Virus record (IMG/VR): IMGVR_UViG_3300038425_000145
Location: 1 to 37,901 of that record
Source of the DNA: a virus
Taxonomy: Duplodnaviria > Caudoviricetes
DNA length: 37,901 nt
Strand: one strand, 5' to 3'
Shown in pieces: positions 26,178 through 36,590 of the stretch. Below the pieces are notes generated by a model. That model saw only the letters and a program-made list of their open reading frames with translations. It ran no database searches and was not told the origin of the DNA. Each line of letters opens with the position of its first letter. Within the stretch, counting starts at the first letter, position 1. Made by a program: the position numbers and the translations under genes.

Positions 26178-29100
26178 TTAAAATTGCTGACTAAATCCTC
26201 TTGCTTTCCGCATTGTCGGTGGCTTGAAGCCTCTCGGAGCTTTACTATCAATCTTCGCTTGTAGCTGACTGAAAAAGCTGTCGGCTATTTGCTTTTGTTG
26301 GGCAACGGCGTTGTCATACATCTTGCGCTGTTCTGGACTAAGCGACGCTTTGAACTTATCCTCGTTCTCTTTGTTCACAAAGCGGAAGTTCTCTAGCTTA
26401 CTGAACTCCTTCTGCAAGTCCATCTGTGCTTCGTGTTTAGCTTCGTCATCCGACAACGACGGATGCTGGTTGGCTTTCTCACTAAGTAACTGTTGGTATT
26501 GTTCCTTCGCTTTGTCCATATCGCCCACAAGTAACGCTTGCTTCAACGGCAAATACTCGCTAGGCGCGAAACTTGCCTCGTCGGTGCGAATGTTATTAGA
26601 CTGCTTCCACTGGGTTGCCCTATTTCGTATGATAGAAAACGGAGCCTGACTCGCTTGCACGCCAACCACCGAGCCGAGTCTTTGTCCAACCCTAGCCATA
26701 GGCGAGTTAGCTTGTTGGTTCTGCACAAGCGGGCCGACCAATGGATTAAGCTGTCCAAGCATCGCTTGAAAATACGGAGGCTTTTCTCCGGGTGTTCTTT
26801 GCTCGTAGCCAAGACCCCCTTCGGTTCTGCCAGTCAAGCCAACGGACAAAAGGTTAAGCGGTGGCCCACTGAAAGGTGCAACTGCTGTGCGGCCAATATC
26901 TTTCATCGCATCGTAGGCAGTTTGCCCAATAGAAGCTGGCTGCTCTCCCCGTATCCTCGGCATCACCTGTTCCCGCATAACAGCACCCACTCCCGACGCT
27001 CGTGCGCCGCGGTAGAGCATTGTCCACTTCCACATATTGATAACCTCGTAGCTGCCATCTTTGTTCTTGTGCAGAACGATATCCCCGAACTCGGTGCCTT
27101 CTGGCCGTGTCGAACCCGTGGTCATCTTGTTCACCGTTGCGGGAATAATCAACGCGGCAGTAGCGATACCCACCGCGATGGACAGGCGTAGGCGCAAAGC
27201 GTCCAGATTGCTCGCTGCCTTAACGCCTGGCGACATTGTCAAGTTTCCCACTGCCAACCGATTGAAGTTCCTCCCCGCAACATTGAACGAGCCAAGTCCT
27301 GTTTCCTGCATACCTTGTTGGAACCAAGTCATGAATCGCTTGTTATACTGACCGGCTCGCCCGTTGATATAGCGACGCCGCTCGGCAGGAATGTCCTTCA
27401 CCGTGCCATCTTTAACCAGACTATCAAACTCGCGGTTGAGAACTACGCGAGTCACCGTGTCCGCAATCTTCAACGCATGACTACTCCACCCGCCAAGAGA
27501 CTCGCCACGAAAAGTCACACCTGCTTCGGCTGCCTTCGCGAGTTCTTCTTGAATTTCTGGACTATTAGAGACGATGTCGTGTTGAGCTTTGGCGACTTGT
27601 AACGCTTTTAACGGCAACGCCAACAACCCCTTTGGGCTATTCGCAACAGCGACCATATCGTTGAAGGTGTGAAACCCAAGGTCAATGCCAAGGCCAACTT
27701 GCGTCTTGATAATCGCCTGACTCGCCACGTGCAACGCAGGCGCACCCTCTTTCAACGCTTCTTTCCAACTTGTATTAAGCTGCAAGGCTTGTTTCAATGT
27801 CGGCGAAATCCGCTTATCGAACGCAAGCCAACGAGACACATTAACATTCTCCCCGTCCTGAATCAATGAACGAAGCGTCACGGGATTCTGCTGTCGAATC
27901 ATACCAGCGGGAGTCTCGTCACCGGGTTTAAGCAACTTGAGAAGTCCCGCTTTCTCGCCTTCGCTATAAACGTCTCGCAATGCCGCCTGCTGCGCGTTCT
28001 TTGTCAGCATTCTAAACGCCATGTTGCCAGCGTCTAGGTTATATTCCTCACCAGTGAACTTGCGCTCCTTGCTAAACGCCGAGCCACGCTTCATTGTTGC
28101 GAGTGGGCCGACCGTTGAAGGCGCGTTCTCGACTTGCTCGATTTTGTCGTCCCTCAGTATCGCTATCAAGTTCGCAAACGCCCCCGTCTGCTGGCCGGAC
28201 TCGGCCAACGAGCCACCGAGCTTTTCGTGCATTTCGGTTGCCAGCGGTTGTATATGTTGCTTCCACGCCGCTAACGCTTTCTGAAACTCCGGGTTCTTCA
28301 ACGCCGCTTGGTATTGTTGCTCGTTCGCAAAGGGACTGTTCTTAAGCTTGAATACTGGGTTACCAATACCGCCCGATGCACGCCGCATATCCTCGTAGAT
28401 AAGGCCGCCAAGCTGCTTACGGAACTGTTCGTTATTAGCTTTGTCACCAAGAACCTTTGTGATATTTGCGTGTGCGCGTAGCACGCTTGCGACCTGGCTA
28501 TTTGCATACTTCGCCACCATGTTGGCAAACCCCGGATTCAACGCCTCAATCTTCGGCAAGTCATATCCCTGTCTTTTCAACATCCATGATTTGAACATGT
28601 GCTGGTCGGTCACGGCATCGAAGATTTGACTACCGAAGGCTTTCAGGCTGTCGAGTTTGGCATGGGCGTCCTCAACGAGTTTGGGAGTGCCTTCTGTTGC
28701 CCCAGTCTCCTTCACTGCCTTCGACACAGGAGACTCTGGAAACAACGCTCCGCTCTCCGGCCCAGTCCTGTCCAGTTTCTGGACAGCACCTTTAACCACA
28801 TTCCCCTCACTCGTAGGCGCAAATTGAATCCTTTTCGTCAGTCTCCCTTCAAGCTCGTTCTTCGCGGCGATGAGATTCACGAACTTATCATGCGCTGCTT
28901 TTTGACTCACGGGGTCCTGCGACACCTTATCTGGGTGCGACTGATTAAGAAGATTTTTGAACACCATTTGCAAGACACGACGCTTCTCCATTAGCTGCCC
29001 TTGTGTCAGCTTCGCAAAGGGCACACTTCCAACCTTGGGGTTAATACCAAGCTGTTGAAACAACGCTTCGGTCTTGACTTTTTTAATGCTTGGGCCGTAA

Positions 29101-30356
29101 GAACCAAGCTTGTTGACGCCCTTAACCACGGTTGACGGAGCAAGAGGATTAGACGTTACTCCCCCACCGCCTTGCACATTGCGGCTGACATCTGCTCGTG
29201 CAACTCCAGACTGTCCTCCGGGTATTTTTTCTTGAGGTGCGCTTTGAATCGGGACTTGCGGGGCGAGTCCTTTTTGTTGCTGTGCTTGCCCTTCAACGAC
29301 TTGTGGGCTTCCTGTCCCAACTGCTGCTGGCTTATTTTCACTTGCTTCCTTTTGTAGTTGTGCAACGCGACCAAGAAAAGCCTGGTGCAGTTGCGGGTTT
29401 TGTCGACTAATCTGCGATAAAAATTGGTTCTCGGCGGGGGACAGCCTGCCGGCTGTTGGGTCGGCAACCTTCTTTGCAAGGTTCTCGATGACGGGATTTA
29501 GCGTCTGTGGCTGAACAACCGGCTCTTTCGCTGCTTGCTGCACAGGACCCAACGTCCCACCTTGGTTTGAAGGAACTACAGTAGCCACAGCCGGTTTTGA
29601 AGCCAACTTGGATTTGGGAACAGATGTTGCATCAACAGAAGAAACGACGGGAGCTGTCGCGGCTTTTGGGGGTGGGACTGGGGCTACTGAAGACTGTTTT
29701 GGCTGTTGCTCTTTAACAAAATTCGCACGTGCGTTTAGTTCGTCAAGAGTTAACTCTCTTTGCGGCTGTAACTTCATCCACTCGGAAATAGCAGGATTGT
29801 CCGCGTTACCGTAACCAAGGTCATAACCTTTCTTGGCCGCGATACCCGCAATAATCGACAACGGAAGAACCGAGGCTTCCGTTCTTTCTGGTAATGATGC
29901 TCCCGAACCCGGAGATAAAACCCCGGCTGACTGTGCTAATGGCGCAACTACGCCACCAGCAAGCCCCGTGCCATAAGCCAGTCTCCCTGCACTACCAAGT
30001 GTCGGCAACGTCGGCCCAAACTCAGGCGGCACACCAACCGCCATTAACGCCAAGCTACCGGGAGTTGCTAAAGAGTTAACAAGGTTTTGGCCGCCAGCAA
30101 CGAGACCTTGAACAGGCGTCTGTGGGTTTTGATTAACATTTGAAAAGACTGGATTCTTAGAGCTAAACAAAGCATCCATCATTGGCTGATAATTAGAGCC
30201 AAGAATACGTTCTCCAAGAGAAGGCTTGTAAGCAGAGATTCCCGTTGCATGACCAAGGCCCGGAAAACTGGCTGGTGTTGATGCTATTTCGTCAAATATG
30301 TCTCCCTTCGGAGTAACACTATTCGACGGCGCAATTTGGTCGAATATATCAGGCAT
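26178..30356 (-). CDS. Large internal virion/ejection protein with a J-domain-like segment
   Basis: 1392 aa; DIFDQI/DIFDEI N-terminal repeats; last of a series of ejection-like genes; SHPDK motif. Confidence 0.7.
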   Translation of the reverse strand: MPDIFDQIAPSNSVTPKGDIFDEIASTPASFPGLGHATGISAYKPSLGERILGSNYQPMMDALFSSKNPVFSNVNQNPQTPVQGLVAGGQNLVNSLATPGSLALMAVGVPPEFGPTLPTLGSAGRLAYGTGLAGGVVAPLAQSAGVLSPGSGASLPERTEASVLPLSIIAGIAAKKGYDLGYGNADNPAISEWMKLQPQRELTLDELNARANFVKEQQPKQSSVAPVPPPKAATAPVVSSVDATSVPKSKLASKPAVATVVPSNQGGTLGPVQQAAKEPVVQPQTLNPVIENLAKKVADPTAGRLSPAENQFLSQISRQNPQLHQAFLGRVAQLQKEASENKPAAVGTGSPQVVEGQAQQQKGLAPQVPIQSAPQEKIPGGQSGVARADVSRNVQGGGGVTSNPLAPSTVVKGVNKLGSYGPSIKKVKTEALFQQLGINPKVGSVPFAKLTQGQLMEKRRVLQMVFKNLLNQSHPDKVSQDPVSQKAAHDKFVNLIAAKNELEGRLTKRIQFAPTSEGNVVKGAVQKLDRTGPESGALFPESPVSKAVKETGATEGTPKLVEDAHAKLDSLKAFGSQIFDAVTDQHMFKSWMLKRQGYDLPKIEALNPGFANMVAKYANSQVASVLRAHANITKVLGDKANNEQFRKQLGGLIYEDMRRASGGIGNPVFKLKNSPFANEQQYQAALKNPEFQKALAAWKQHIQPLATEMHEKLGGSLAESGQQTGAFANLIAILRDDKIEQVENAPSTVGPLATMKRGSAFSKERKFTGEEYNLDAGNMAFRMLTKNAQQAALRDVYSEGEKAGLLKLLKPGDETPAGMIRQQNPVTLRSLIQDGENVNVSRWLAFDKRISPTLKQALQLNTSWKEALKEGAPALHVASQAIIKTQVGLGIDLGFHTFNDMVAVANSPKGLLALPLKALQVAKAQHDIVSNSPEIQEELAKAAEAGVTFRGESLGGWSSHALKIADTVTRVVLNREFDSLVKDGTVKDIPAERRRYINGRAGQYNKRFMTWFQQGMQETGLGSFNVAGRNFNRLAVGNLTMSPGVKAASNLDALRLRLSIAVGIATAALIIPATVNKMTTGSTRPEGTEFGDIVLHKNKDGSYEVINMWKWTMLYRGARASGVGAVMREQVMPRIRGEQPASIGQTAYDAMKDIGRTAVAPFSGPPLNLLSVGLTGRTEGGLGYEQRTPGEKPPYFQAMLGQLNPLVGPLVQNQQANSPMARVGQRLGSVVGVQASQAPFSIIRNRATQWKQSNNIRTDEASFAPSEYLPLKQALLVGDMDKAKEQYQQLLSEKANQHPSLSDDEAKHEAQMDLQKEFSKLENFRFVNKENEDKFKASLSPEQRKMYDNAVAQQKQIADSFFSQLQAKIDSKAPRGFKPPTMRKARGFSQQF
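28769..28785. promoter_or_regulatory. Dispersed palindrome copy 6
   Basis: TGTCCAGTTTCTGGACA, the exact reverse complement of the copy at 17178. Confidence 0.6.
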
Positions 30357-30359
30357 ACG

Positions 30360-31190
30360 TCAAAAAGCAAAGCCAGCCTGACGAGCCATTTGACGAGCCA
30401 AATCTTTGTCACCGTTCGCTTTTTGTAGAAAAAGCTGCGCGACTCCGAGACTGATAGGACGACCACCAGTCTGCGGATTCGCTGGTGCCTGCTGCAACGC
30501 ATTAGTCGTTGGCTGACCAGTTCCTGCTCCACCCGACTGCGGCATCGGTGGCTTCGCATTGTAGAACAAATTGCTCAACGTCCCGACCACCTTCGGGTCT
30601 TGATTCGGCAGATTCGTCGAGCTTAACGCTTGTCCATAAAGACGACCAGCGTCAAGCTGATTACGCATTTCGGCATTAGGGTTAACGGCGGGCTGACGCA
30701 CGGGTGCGGTTGCAAGAGGACTAACAACAGGCTGTGCTTGCGGCTGCTGCAAACCCTGTTGCTGTGGTGGAGTGTTCCCCATTGGGCCATAGTCGGGACT
30801 CGTAGACGGCTGTCCCCCAACCAAGCTATTTCTATCGAACACACTCGACCCGGCTGGCACAACCAGCGGCGCGTTCTGCCGATTCTGCAAGTTACCAGCG
30901 GCCACCTGCGCCATCAACATACGAATCTGGTTCGCCATCTGCTCGTTCTGGTTCCTCATGTCAAGACCTTGCTGTTGGTTATTAAGACCCTGTTGCCTAA
31001 TCCCCAACATGCCTTGATGATACTGCTGCAAGTTCTGCATTGCTTGCATTTGACGCGCTTGATTTGCCGCGTTCAACGCGAGCTGATACCGCTCCTGCGG
31101 CAAACGCATTAAGCCCTGTGCCAACGCGTTGCCTGTTTGCTGCCCAAACGCCGCAGCGTCCTGCGTCCACGGATTGCCAATAATAGCCAT
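30360..31190 (-). CDS. Gln-rich putative ejection protein
   Basis: Q/N/P-rich; C-terminal FLQKANGDKDLARQMARQAGF motif; podovirus synteny. Confidence 0.65.
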   Translation of the reverse strand: MAIIGNPWTQDAAAFGQQTGNALAQGLMRLPQERYQLALNAANQARQMQAMQNLQQYHQGMLGIRQQGLNNQQQGLDMRNQNEQMANQIRMLMAQVAAGNLQNRQNAPLVVPAGSSVFDRNSLVGGQPSTSPDYGPMGNTPPQQQGLQQPQAQPVVSPLATAPVRQPAVNPNAEMRNQLDAGRLYGQALSSTNLPNQDPKVVGTLSNLFYNAKPPMPQSGGAGTGQPTTNALQQAPANPQTGGRPISLGVAQLFLQKANGDKDLARQMARQAGFAF

Positions 31191-31201
31191 AATGTTCCTT
31201 A

Positions 31202-31897
31202 TTAAAATAGACCGTATGGATATGGTATTTGGTTAAAACTAAACGTTGGGACACCAAGATAACTTGTCCCATTCATTTCACCAAGCACATTAGCAGACTG
31301 ACTTGCTGATACCCCTGTTGCTGGTGCTGACATTGCACTTCCAAGTCCCGTCACCAACCCCGCCGTGCCAAGCAGCGACCCCAATGCCTGCAACCCCTGT
31401 TGCGAGTTCTGTGCGTCCTGTAACTGCGCTGGCAACACATTCGCCCAACCACGCGCGTTTTGGTTAATTACGCCAAGCTGGTTCTGTGCTTGCATATCTT
31501 TCAAGTATTGCTGCAAGCCATAGTTTGAATAACCGCCATAGTTTGAGGCTGCCGTATTCGACATATTCGTCTTGGCCTGTTGCGCTTGAGCGTTTACACC
31601 ACTATCCCCCAACGTGTTACTCGGCATCGAAGCAGACAACGGCACAGCTTGTGCGTTCTGTATCAGCCCCGCAAGCTGCTGTTGACCCTGCCCAATCTGT
31701 TGCTTTGCGGCTTGTGGCGTTGACTGGTCAAGAGACTGCTGGAACACTTGTTGTCCTTGTTGCTGATACCCCCGGTTCCTCGCCATTTCTTGGTTGACAG
31801 CGGAGTTCATCGCACCATGGGTTCTTTCTCCCGCATAAGCGTTTACGCCTGCACCAGCACCACCAAGCACCAATCCTGCAATAGTTCCACATGCCAT
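31202..31897 (-). CDS. Putative ejection/DNA pilot protein
   Basis: Gly/Ala hydrophobic ends with a Gln-rich core. Confidence 0.65.
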   Translation of the reverse strand: MACGTIAGLVLGGAGAGVNAYAGERTHGAMNSAVNQEMARNRGYQQQGQQVFQQSLDQSTPQAAKQQIGQGQQQLAGLIQNAQAVPLSASMPSNTLGDSGVNAQAQQAKTNMSNTAASNYGGYSNYGLQQYLKDMQAQNQLGVINQNARGWANVLPAQLQDAQNSQQGLQALGSLLGTAGLVTGLGSAMSAPATGVSASQSANVLGEMNGTSYLGVPTFSFNQIPYPYGLF

Positions 31898-31908
31898 AAT
31901 CGTTCCTT

Positions 31909-32517
31909 TTAGTATGAAGTTGCCGGTAAAAAGTTACTTGAGCCACCCGAATTAAACCCATATCCGCCAAGCAACGCGGTAGCAGGATTATATGTATTCG
32001 CAAGCTGGTTCCCAAGATATTGTTGGGAGAAGTTTGCGAACAGATTCCCTATCGGCTGAAAAGACGAAGGAGCTTGAAAACCCGACGCCGCAGCTATCGC
32101 TGACTGCCCGATAGCGTTAGGATTACTCGCTGTCTGTGCTTGCCCAATAAGGTTTGATTGCTCTTGTCCAACCTGCTGTTGTAACTGCTGTGCTTGTGAC
32201 AAGCCCTGCTGCGCGATTTGTTGTGTCGCTTGTGTATTCTGTTGGCTCAACCTATTCTGCAAGTCCTGTGCTTGACTAGAATTTTGCAACCCTTGTCCTG
32301 CAAGCTTGAAACCAAGGTTGTTCGCGTTCTGCTGATACTGCTGTTGCAACAACGGCATTTGGTAGTTTTGATACGCTGTTGATATTCCCTTGTAAAAGTC
32401 TGGCGTGAAGCCCGCAAACGCCTTGTTGATGTTCGCAACAGACTGGTTCGTTAACGCCTCTTGTTGCGCTTGTTGGTCGGCCATTTGACGACCTGCATTT
32501 GAACTTCCGCATCCCAT
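31909..32517 (-). CDS. Gln-rich putative ejection protein
   Basis: MGCG start, Gln-rich helices, synteny. Confidence 0.65.
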   Translation of the reverse strand: MGCGSSNAGRQMADQQAQQEALTNQSVANINKAFAGFTPDFYKGISTAYQNYQMPLLQQQYQQNANNLGFKLAGQGLQNSSQAQDLQNRLSQQNTQATQQIAQQGLSQAQQLQQQVGQEQSNLIGQAQTASNPNAIGQSAIAAASGFQAPSSFQPIGNLFANFSQQYLGNQLANTYNPATALLGGYGFNSGGSSNFLPATSY

Positions 32518-32518
32518 A

Positions 32519-32875
32519 TTATGCCTTTATGTAGAGTTTGACTGGTTTAGTGTATTCGATATACCCCGCCTTCGGCAACAGCCGATTATAAGGGCTGTCA
32601 GGGTCACATGGAATACAAATTTGTTTGTAATTTGACAACGCACCTTCAAGAAAACCCATAAGACGAGCAGAATCAAGTGGCCCAACCTTCTCTCGATGCT
32701 GCCACGTTAAAACAATTGGAATAACCCCAACTGAAAGATACCCAACAATCTCGTTACCTTTTAACGAGACATGAGTGGGACAATACACTCCTGAATGTTG
32801 GTCTTTCTCCGCACTAGCTTTAAGCTGCTCCCAGTCTTGCTGAACAAATGGTCTTATTTTAACAATCTCATTCAT
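32519..32875 (-). CDS. GNAT-fold-like virion assembly protein
   Basis: IRPF...D, EIVGY and RLLPKAGY; lies between nozzle and ejection genes, as T7 gp13-like genes do. Confidence 0.5.
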   Translation of the reverse strand: MNEIVKIRPFVQQDWEQLKASAEKDQHSGVYCPTHVSLKGNEIVGYLSVGVIPIVLTWQHREKVGPLDSARLMGFLEGALSNYKQICIPCDPDSPYNRLLPKAGYIEYTKPVKLYIKA

Positions 32876-34149
32876 TTCTCGTCTCCGGGTTCATAGTGAA
32901 GAACTAAAGAACTAAGCGTTGGTGCGACTTGACCCGTGCCAGCGGCAGTGCTTACGGCTTTAAGTTGGGCTCCGTATCCCTCATCAGTCCAGTCAATACT
33001 GCCTGTCTGAAACGACGCCGCGGTATTGTTTGTAGGATTAACGTTACCCGTAATTTGCTGTAACCCACCCCCATTCGTCACACCATTAAAATCCATTGAA
33101 CCAGAAAACTGCCATTGGCCAATAATCACCCAGTCAAGTTCTGTTGCAGTTTTGACCTGTGCGGATTTCTTCAAGTCAAACCAGGGAGTAACTACAACCG
33201 CTTGAGTTGCGTCGTATTGTGCAGTATTCAACGGGTCTCCATATACGCCAATAAAAGCCTTGTTACCAAAAGGAAACTTTGTGGTGGTTGTGCCACGAAA
33301 ATACACGAAAGAATTCCAAACACGCAATCCACTAATGGTGAAGTTAAACGTGGGTATCGTCGGCAAGTAAGACGCCCACGCAATAATCTTTGACGCGGGA
33401 TAGTAAGACAAAACGTAGAATGTTCCATACGTTCCAACACTCGGAAAATAAATCATGTAGCGATTGCCAATAGGGTCGACCGTGGCAACGATACCCTGCA
33501 ACTGCGAATTCGTTTGTCCCTGTATCGCAGCTTTTACCAAAGAGTCAATCGGGCTTCCAATGTCACTGATATAGCCATTAAGGTTAATGGACTGCACCCG
33601 TAGGCTCCGTATTCCCGAATCCGATGGAAACATAACATCAAGGTCTCCAAGAGACTGCACGGAATTGGGGGCAACCACTCCAATGTTCGACAAAACTTGT
33701 TTTTGTGCTATTAGTGTCGAGTCAGCATTTATAGACCATATTTGAGTCGTGTGCCGAGAGAACAATGCCATTTGACCCTGAAACGGAGACAAGGCCAACA
33801 AGGTCTCTGGCTGCTGACTCTGGTTCGCTATTTGAATCTTAAACGCGCCGGGAGCTTGTTGCTCCCACGCGGTAGCATCGCCATTGTTGGAGCCGGCCCA
33901 ATATGTCCCTGCAACAAGATGCACACGGTCGTAAAGCGTAATCGCAGATACGGGGACGACTCCTGTCATTCGGCCTGTGCCGAAGTCATATGTCTGCGCT
34001 GGCAAAACAATCTCAAAGGCAAACTTATCACCAACTGTCCAAGCCCCATCAACAAGCACGTTCCACGTTGGACCACGGCCAGTTACTCCATTAACTCCAC
34101 CAGAGAGAGGTGTTACGGTCCAAACATTAGGAATGTTAGTTGTAGCCAC
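32872..34149 (-). CDS. Tail nozzle/DNA stabilisation protein, C-terminal part
   Basis: Beta-propeller-like motifs IGVVAPNSV, SDSGIRSL, DIGSPID; weak GTG start 4 nt after the upstream stop. Confidence 0.7.
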   Translation of the reverse strand: MATTNIPNVWTVTPLSGGVNGVTGRGPTWNVLVDGAWTVGDKFAFEIVLPAQTYDFGTGRMTGVVPVSAITLYDRVHLVAGTYWAGSNNGDATAWEQQAPGAFKIQIANQSQQPETLLALSPFQGQMALFSRHTTQIWSINADSTLIAQKQVLSNIGVVAPNSVQSLGDLDVMFPSDSGIRSLRVQSINLNGYISDIGSPIDSLVKAAIQGQTNSQLQGIVATVDPIGNRYMIYFPSVGTYGTFYVLSYYPASKIIAWASYLPTIPTFNFTISGLRVWNSFVYFRGTTTTKFPFGNKAFIGVYGDPLNTAQYDATQAVVVTPWFDLKKSAQVKTATELDWVIIGQWQFSGSMDFNGVTNGGGLQQITGNVNPTNNTAASFQTGSIDWTDEGYGAQLKAVSTAAGTGQVAPTLSSLVLHYEPGDEK

Positions 34150-34153
34150 AAAA

Positions 34154-36421
34154 TCAATATACTACAGAAGCGGCTTGAGTAGCAGTATTACCAACTGCAT
34201 CAGTAATTGTGCAACTTAATTTTCCATAAAAGGAGTAAGCACCACCTGGTGTAAAAGTTAATGCTAATGTTGCAACATTCGTTGTTGCACCACTAGTTAT
34301 ATTTCCGGGTGGTCCACCAAGACAAAGTATTCCCAATGTGTATGTAAAAACCCAGTTATATGTATAAGTGCCAACAACACCACCTAAAAGGTTATTTACT
34401 GCAAACATGTAAACACCGGGAGTAGCGTATATGTAAGCAGGTAAAATGTTAAATGTTATTGGATTAACCGTGTTTGTCGCGCCACCGGAGAGGCCGTTAT
34501 AGACTAAACCACCTGAATAACACGTGTATGCAATTGTGCAGCCAGCAGTTCCAGCAACAGTAGCAGAACTAGCAGTTAAGCAACTTATCACAAGATTCAC
34601 AGTTCCAGCCACAACGGTATTCACATAAGCATAAGCAGTGTAACCCGCATTTGTTTTAATTTGAGTTACGATTTTCTGCACGAAGGAAAGCAGGGTATCA
34701 CTAATATCGTAAATAATTGTTGCTCCAAGAATAGAAACGGTTATTACGCCCGTCGTGTTATAGAGCAAACCCGTAACCTTATCCCCCGATGCCCATGCCG
34801 CAGTGAAATTAAAGACTATATTATCAACACAAAGGTCACCGGTAGCTACTGTCTGCAAATCATAACCATTTGCCGTCGTGCCGATATTTGAATTAGCATA
34901 GACAGTTATTGTATTTCCAGTGGCCACTGCGTTATATGCACCATTCAAAGCGGTGTTCGTGTTAATACTTAATGCTATATTGGTCGCTGTTTGAGTTAAA
35001 TTTGTATCAAACGGAACTGCTGCTTGTAAAAGGTTTGTTCCCCACGTTGCTCCACTATCAGTAGAAACTTTAATCGAGGACATTGAAGCGCTTCCTGCTA
35101 TTGAACCGCCAGTCAAAACAATACTTCCCGCAGCCGCCACAGCACTGATGGTCTCAACACTATTACTTAAATATGAGCTAACCATTGTTCCACTCCCAAC
35201 ATTTGCAGCAGGAGTAGAGACTAATGAGAAGCTCTGTCCCGGCGTAGTGTAAATCTGAAACTCATAACCCGTTGCACCCGCTGAAACAACGCTCCCAACA
35301 GTAAAACCGCTTAACGCCCCATCTGTTATCTGTCCTGCAAGTTGCTTTGCGATGTCCTGATTCGTTGCCCAACCATTCAAAACTTGTCCATTACGAAAAG
35401 CTGGCACATATTCCTGACCCCAATAGGCAAAGGTGTTTCCGTCAGAAAATGTTGCTGACACCCATGTAAAGCCGCCAAAGGAGGTTGAAGCTGTAATCGC
35501 CGTCAACGCGTGATACGTTGCGTCGAACGTCGCGCCATCCTGCACCGCTGGATGCACGAGAGGTTGATAATAAACAAAGTTCGTGAACCCACCCGGCCAG
35601 TAGGCAGTGCCGTTTGTATCTGCGGTCGTTACCTCCGTGCCAGCCGTCGTTGCATAGGTAATAGCGTAGCCATTACTAACCTTAGTAATAGATAAAACAA
35701 CCACTTGTCCATTATATCCCGTGCCACCCATTCCTGTCATGACAATACTGTTACCATTTACCACACCATAAATAGGTGGATACGAAACTACAACAACCGT
35801 TGCAATTCCGCCAGCTTTTGCTCTTGAAACTGTCGTGCAAGAACCAAACGAATTTTGCGGATTATTACCTGGTCCATAATTAAATTGTGTCGTGCCCCAA
35901 CCAACGATACCACTTGTATCACCAACGACAGTTTCACTCACGTGGTCTGTCACACTATAAACCAAACTATAATAATTTGGTGTGCCTGTGTGATACGTTG
36001 CAGAAGTAAGAACAAAGTTCCCATTATAGCTGTCTAATCCACTATTCGCATTAACGCCGAGGCCAATTACGTTAATAATATCCCCTGCCACCCACGAATA
36101 AAGTGGTTTTGCCGCAGAGATGTTTAAGGTTACTACTCCCGCAACATTCTGTCGATTTATGGTTGTCGTAATTAACGACCCACTCCCAAAGCAAACAAGA
36201 CCACCAAAGTAACCTGGCGTGAATCCCTGCCCAGTCACCTCAATGCCAAGAGCGTTCTCTGGAATGTAAGAACCAACTTGAAACGCCCTTCGCTTTTCAA
36301 TTTCCGCTCCCTCGTTAACATGGGCATCCTGTAACTGTAACAGCGCGCCGGGTTGAGTGGTTAGCTCGCTCCGGCGTGTATCAAGTCCGTTCTTAAAGTT
36401 CGAGAAGGTTATGAAGGCCAT
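34154..36421 (-). CDS. Tail nozzle/DNA stabilisation protein, N-terminal part with beta-rich insertions
   Basis: ATG 36421; FSNFKNGLDTRR...DAHVNEGAEIEKRRAF typical nozzle N-terminus; T/G/V-rich modules. Confidence 0.7.
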   Translation of the reverse strand: MAFITFSNFKNGLDTRRSELTTQPGALLQLQDAHVNEGAEIEKRRAFQVGSYIPENALGIEVTGQGFTPGYFGGLVCFGSGSLITTTINRQNVAGVVTLNISAAKPLYSWVAGDIINVIGLGVNANSGLDSYNGNFVLTSATYHTGTPNYYSLVYSVTDHVSETVVGDTSGIVGWGTTQFNYGPGNNPQNSFGSCTTVSRAKAGGIATVVVVSYPPIYGVVNGNSIVMTGMGGTGYNGQVVVLSITKVSNGYAITYATTAGTEVTTADTNGTAYWPGGFTNFVYYQPLVHPAVQDGATFDATYHALTAITASTSFGGFTWVSATFSDGNTFAYWGQEYVPAFRNGQVLNGWATNQDIAKQLAGQITDGALSGFTVGSVVSAGATGYEFQIYTTPGQSFSLVSTPAANVGSGTMVSSYLSNSVETISAVAAAGSIVLTGGSIAGSASMSSIKVSTDSGATWGTNLLQAAVPFDTNLTQTATNIALSINTNTALNGAYNAVATGNTITVYANSNIGTTANGYDLQTVATGDLCVDNIVFNFTAAWASGDKVTGLLYNTTGVITVSILGATIIYDISDTLLSFVQKIVTQIKTNAGYTAYAYVNTVVAGTVNLVISCLTASSATVAGTAGCTIAYTCYSGGLVYNGLSGGATNTVNPITFNILPAYIYATPGVYMFAVNNLLGGVVGTYTYNWVFTYTLGILCLGGPPGNITSGATTNVATLALTFTPGGAYSFYGKLSCTITDAVGNTATQAASVVY

Positions 36422-36428
36422 AAGTATG

Positions 36429-36443
36429 GTCCAGTTCATGGAC
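36429..36443. promoter_or_regulatory. Dispersed palindrome copy 7
   Basis: Minus strand TGTCCATGAACTGGAC-CATACTT-ATG, directly before the nozzle gene. Confidence 0.6.
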
Positions 36444-36590
36444 AGAACTATTAAAACCAAAGCAACGCCATATCAATTCCTGTCCTCCTTGAATGCGTAT
36501 TCCATAAAATTAAATTGCGCCGTGTTTAAGAGGCCCAAATAACGAGGCCAGCCAAAGTTTTCCGATGGCAATATAGCGGCGCGAGGTTGG

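Noticed and set aside
26311-36542. Numerous plus-strand ORFs in the late region
   Set aside because: Antisense shadows of long minus-strand structural genes.
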